A stretch of 10,495 bases of DNA from Candidatus Heimdallarchaeota archaeon (GTDB taxonomy: Archaea > Asgardarchaeota > Heimdallarchaeia > Hodarchaeales > Hodarchaeaceae): the NCBI GenBank assembly GCA_048881705.1, contig JBHLSH010000099.1:1-10495 (forward strand). Reading direction: 5' to 3'. Every line of letters starts with the position of its first letter. Position 1 is the first letter of the stretch. Made by a program: the position numbers and the translations under genes. Shown piece by piece: positions 7,504-10,495 of this stretch. Under the pieces are notes generated by a model. It was given only the letters and a program-made list of their open reading frames with translations, searched no databases and was not told the DNA's origin.

Positions 7504-7580
7504 GAAAAAAAGAAATGCTCCTTTCTCCGCAAAAAAACAAGGAGTTTGCGTTACTTCGTATAGAGCTGTTCAACTTCTGG
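7504..7580 (-). repeat. Conserved post-gene element, copy A
   Basis: Shares the plus-strand blocks GAAAAAAAGAAA, CTCCTTTCTC, GTTACTTC, TATnGAGCTGTTC and CTGG with copy B; starts 34 nt after the stop of 7615-9024. Confidence 0.85.
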
Positions 7581-7614
7581 CTATGACAGGACATAAAATA
7601 GTGCGGCCCACAGT

Positions 7615-9024
7615 TTACGGATGTCTCCTTTTCCTATTAATTCCGAGAATAAGAATTGTAACTAGAAAAAATGGGGATATATTGTAGTCTATTGCTCTAG
7701 TTTTAGTTATTGAGGGATCATAGAAGTTTGTCGGTCCTGAGGAGATTATATTCCCAGTTGATCCATTGATTATAGTGAAATTCACGAAACCTATTATGGC
7801 AATGAGATTTGAGCTATACTCTTGAATGTCGATTGGCAGGAAGTAAGGTGTTTTTCCCGAATAATTTATATTCGCCAGTAGGTTTAGATCTAGTTCTTGT
7901 TTATGCTTTATCGACCCATCTGGATTGAACTTTGTATATTCAAAATGGATTGCATCCATATGAGCAGTGTTCTCAACATCATACACAACAAAAGCGTGAA
8001 TTATACCTTCATCGCCAATGATTACTCTGGGTGGATAAGCATGCCAGTTTGGATATGCACTGAATTGAAGAACTACCTCTTGATTTTCCTGTAAATTTAC
8101 TAGATATTGCTCAGTATTTGTCTCATTAATGTAATAAAAGGGTTGCATTATCAAGTAGGGGGTTTGATTTTCAATCAGAAACCAGAAATGGTCTTTAAAA
8201 GGGATTTTAAAGCTTTTTACTTCGTTAAGCTCCCCTCCATCGATCCTCACTTCTTGAATGATGATTTCATTTGATTTGTTCCTGAATCTATATGGATAGT
8301 AACCCAATGAGTTACTTACTTGCCAAAATACATAACCACGAGTGTCATACAAACTGTAAACATACGTGTAATCATATGGTAACGCATATGTTTTGATTTC
8401 TACTGAATTCATATCTGCTAAAACAAGATCTAAGTCATAAGGCGTCTTATAATCATTATAATTGCCAATAACAAAATATTCATTGATCCCCCATTCATAT
8501 CTGGAATAGGCGAACGAACAAACCCCAATGTCAAAAAAATGACCTTTGTCAATTACATCTAGAGTTTCTTCTTTTTTATCATACCATATTTCGTACAATG
8601 AACCGTTATACCAGCTTATCACTCTAAGGGAATTTTCATCTTCTTGGATCAATCCCACATTATCGGGACCACTATAACCATCTCTTGGAGTAGCATAGGA
8701 GGCGGAACCAATTGGAGGACAATCATATCTGGGGGTAATATAGGAGGAGGATCCGTCTAAGAATAATCGCAATACCCTAACATACGATTTTACAATATTA
8801 GGATTATTTTTTGTGGGTACTGTGTAAAATACTAAACAATCCCCTTCTTTTGTTAATATAACACGAAAAATACTCCGCACTCCTTCATCGTCTAAGTATT
8901 CTGGTGTTTCGGAAGGAATCGATGATACCTCTAGTTGAGGGACAGCTGAGATGAGAAGAACCATCACAAGATTAAGAAAAATGACATATTTCTGTTTTTT
9001 AGCAGTCAAAGAATCCCTCATCAC
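7615..9024 (-). CDS. Secreted / surface hypothetical protein with N-terminal signal and C-terminal membrane anchor
   Basis: 469 aa; basic-hydrophobic N-terminus (KKQKYVIFLNLVMVLLISAVP), Tyr/aromatic-rich beta-type body, C-terminus ISPFFLVTILILGI-NRKRRHP. Confidence 0.75.
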   Translation of the reverse strand: MMRDSLTAKKQKYVIFLNLVMVLLISAVPQLEVSSIPSETPEYLDDEGVRSIFRVILTKEGDCLVFYTVPTKNNPNIVKSYVRVLRLFLDGSSSYITPRYDCPPIGSASYATPRDGYSGPDNVGLIQEDENSLRVISWYNGSLYEIWYDKKEETLDVIDKGHFFDIGVCSFAYSRYEWGINEYFVIGNYNDYKTPYDLDLVLADMNSVEIKTYALPYDYTYVYSLYDTRGYVFWQVSNSLGYYPYRFRNKSNEIIIQEVRIDGGELNEVKSFKIPFKDHFWFLIENQTPYLIMQPFYYINETNTEQYLVNLQENQEVVLQFSAYPNWHAYPPRVIIGDEGIIHAFVVYDVENTAHMDAIHFEYTKFNPDGSIKHKQELDLNLLANINYSGKTPYFLPIDIQEYSSNLIAIIGFVNFTIINGSTGNIISSGPTNFYDPSITKTRAIDYNISPFFLVTILILGINRKRRHP

Positions 9025-9149
9025 AACTCATTTGGAGTTACCTCATTTTTTATGATTAAGTTCTGTATTATTAGTTTTTCCCCCATAAATTTACCTTGAG
9101 AATCTATTCCTCCTAAAATCTCTATTATTCCCCCAACTGAATATAAAGT

Positions 9150-9170
9150 TACCTAGGAGTCATCTAGGTA
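9150..9170. other. Perfect 7-bp inverted repeat TACCTAG-GAGTCAT-CTAGGTA abutting element copy B
   Basis: Direct reading; function unknown. Confidence 0.5.
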
Positions 9171-9255
9171 GAAAAAAAGAAAACATTCCTCCTTTCTCAA
9201 AAAATCCAATGAGACGGGGTGTTACTTCTGGTTATCGAGCTGTTCGATTTCCTGG
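9171..9255 (-). repeat. Conserved post-gene element, copy B
   Basis: Same blocks as copy A; starts 31 nt after the OYE stop (9287). Confidence 0.85.
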
Positions 9256-9286
9256 TGTGGGTTTAATAAATTGTAGGTAGGCGATC

Positions 9287-10378
9287 TCATCTTGGAGCTG
9301 TCCCACCAACCACCAAACCTGGAGATCTATTCAAATACTTCAGAAAATTCGATCCAACCCCCACTTGACGTAAATGATCAGGATCCCATGGAGGCAATTT
9401 CGGGGAAAAGTCTGTCGATTGAGAGATGCTTGGCCAATCTGGGTGGATAATCGAAGCTTTGCCCACCACAATTATATCAGCTCCAGCAGCTTCAGTCTTC
9501 CGAGCATCAGCTCTTGTCCATATGCCACCAGCCGCCGCTATTTTAACCTCACTTGGCACCGCATCACGAATTATCTTAACTACTGGTAGGTCACCCTTCT
9601 CAAAAGGTGCAGGTCCACTGGCATCTCGTAGCGATAGATAAATAATATCAACACCATCTTCCGCAAGCCACTGAGCCAATCGACTACTGTCGCCAAGAGT
9701 TAAACCTCGGCGATCTTTGCTGATATCCACGGGCGAAATTCGTACATTGACCATAAATGTGTTCGAGGTTGCTTCTCGAACCGCTTTAACCGTCTCCCGC
9801 AAAAATTTAGCTCGTCCTTTTACATCTCCTCCATAGTCATCCGTCCGTGGATTGTCACGCGGAGCAAGAAATTGCGTAAAGATGTAGCCATTTGCACCAT
9901 GAATTTCCACTCCAGAAAAACCTGCTTGTTCCGCTCGATAGGCGGCCGTAGCAAAATCTTCAACAATCCTATCAATATCAGCCTGAGAAGCCGCTCGTAC
10001 TTCTTCCCAACTCACTGTTGATATCTTCCGTGGAGCAATGGTTGCCTTACTACCTGCATGATGGAGTTGTACAATAGGCACAGAGCCAGCGGAAGTGATT
10101 GCCTTTGCTAAACGAGTCAGTCCTGGGATATGTTGGTCACCTGATATACCTAATTGACCCTTCCATGCATGGCCCTCTTCTGATACAAAGGCCGCACAGG
10201 TAGAGATCAACCCAAAGTGGCCCGCTCTTTGGGTTAACCACGAAAATTCATCTTCATGCAAAGTTCCGTCAAGATTGGACTGGGTGTTGGTTAAAGGAGC
10301 CATGGCAATTCGATTGGGAAGGGTGACACCACACCGAAGGATAAGGGGTTTATCGAGTTTAGATTGTTGCAGATTCAT
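9287..10378 (-). CDS. NADH:flavin oxidoreductase, Old Yellow Enzyme family
   Basis: NRIAMAPLT, QLHHAG, GFSGVEIHGANGY (H-x-x-N-x-Y catalytic motif) and RTDDYGG; single TIM-barrel length (363 aa). Confidence 0.95.
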   Translation of the reverse strand: MNLQQSKLDKPLILRCGVTLPNRIAMAPLTNTQSNLDGTLHEDEFSWLTQRAGHFGLISTCAAFVSEEGHAWKGQLGISGDQHIPGLTRLAKAITSAGSVPIVQLHHAGSKATIAPRKISTVSWEEVRAASQADIDRIVEDFATAAYRAEQAGFSGVEIHGANGYIFTQFLAPRDNPRTDDYGGDVKGRAKFLRETVKAVREATSNTFMVNVRISPVDISKDRRGLTLGDSSRLAQWLAEDGVDIIYLSLRDASGPAPFEKGDLPVVKIIRDAVPSEVKIAAAGGIWTRADARKTEAAGADIIVVGKASIIHPDWPSISQSTDFSPKLPPWDPDHLRQVGVGSNFLKYLNRSPGLVVGGTAPR

Positions 10379-10409
10379 TTCTTCTTCAAACCTGAGTTTG
10401 GACTTGAAG

Positions 10410-10415
10410 TTTATA
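10410..10415 (-). promoter_or_regulatory. Candidate archaeal TATA box for the OYE gene
   Basis: TATAAA on the minus strand about 32 nt upstream of ATG 10378, consistent with a short or leaderless transcript. Confidence 0.5.
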
Positions 10416-10446
10416 TGTGATTTTACAGGGAAGGCTTCCTAGTTTC

Positions 10447-10495
10447 TTTCTGTCCACAATTGGGGAGACAGTGTATAGAGCTGTTCCACTTCAGG
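10447..10495 (-). repeat. Conserved element, copy C (shorter; runs to window edge)
   Basis: 10473-10495 GTATAGAGCTGTTCCACTTCAGG is 21/23 identical to 7558-7580 and is preceded by CTTTCT...GGAGAC as in copies A and B. It lacks the GTTACTTC block and the T-tract. Confidence 0.8.

Noticed and set aside
9238-9255. GAGCTGTTCGATTTCC as a tRNA T-loop or group II intron domain V
   Set aside because: The flanks do not form the T-stem or the 34-nt domain V hairpin consistently across the three copies.
1646-9641. Shadow ORFs from the six-frame track (1646-1942, 2603-2854, 2879-3112, 3242-3541, 3963-4232, 4181-4381, 4475-4657, 5677-5922, 6312-6521, 6463-6789, 7897-8094, 9374-9589, 9426-9641; also 270-464 and 667-987)
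   Set aside because: They are antisense or overlapping to well-supported genes or promoter spacers and have no recognisable motifs.
1-10495. CRISPR array, IS element, rRNA or tRNA
   Set aside because: No regularly spaced short repeats with unique spacers, no transposase or terminal inverted repeats with target-site duplication, and no structural RNA signature was seen.

Overview
Accessory-looking region, most likely from an archaeon of the Asgard/Heimdallarchaeia type. This is an inference from the protein families (40-aa-repeat TPR protein, divergent wHTH/MFS pair, secreted C-terminally anchored protein), TATA boxes and T-tract terminators; no marker gene is present. Gene order: 3' end of a DUF318/ArsP-family permease, a CxxC thioredoxin-like protein and an in-frame second CGC thioredoxin-fold/ArsD-like protein (+); a ~300 bp chimeric relic made of pieces of two genes found further downstream; a SnoaL-like ester cyclase (-); an MFS transporter (-) divergent from a winged-HTH regulator (+); a TPR protein (-); a 2-TM PH-like membrane protein (+); a secreted membrane-anchored hypothetical protein (-); an Old Yellow Enzyme flavin oxidoreductase (-). 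Two observations are not explained by the gene list. (1) A conserved ~50-85 nt element occurs three times in the same orientation (7504-7580, 9171-9255, 10447-10495); the two complete copies start 31-34 nt after the stops of unrelated minus-strand genes, and none matches the integron attC consensus. (2) The relic at 1052-1348 joins the 3' end of the wHTH locus to the 3' end of the PH-like gene through a 4-nt AGAA microhomology. No integrase, transposase, CRISPR array, tRNA or rRNA is visible. All alignments and counts were done by hand.
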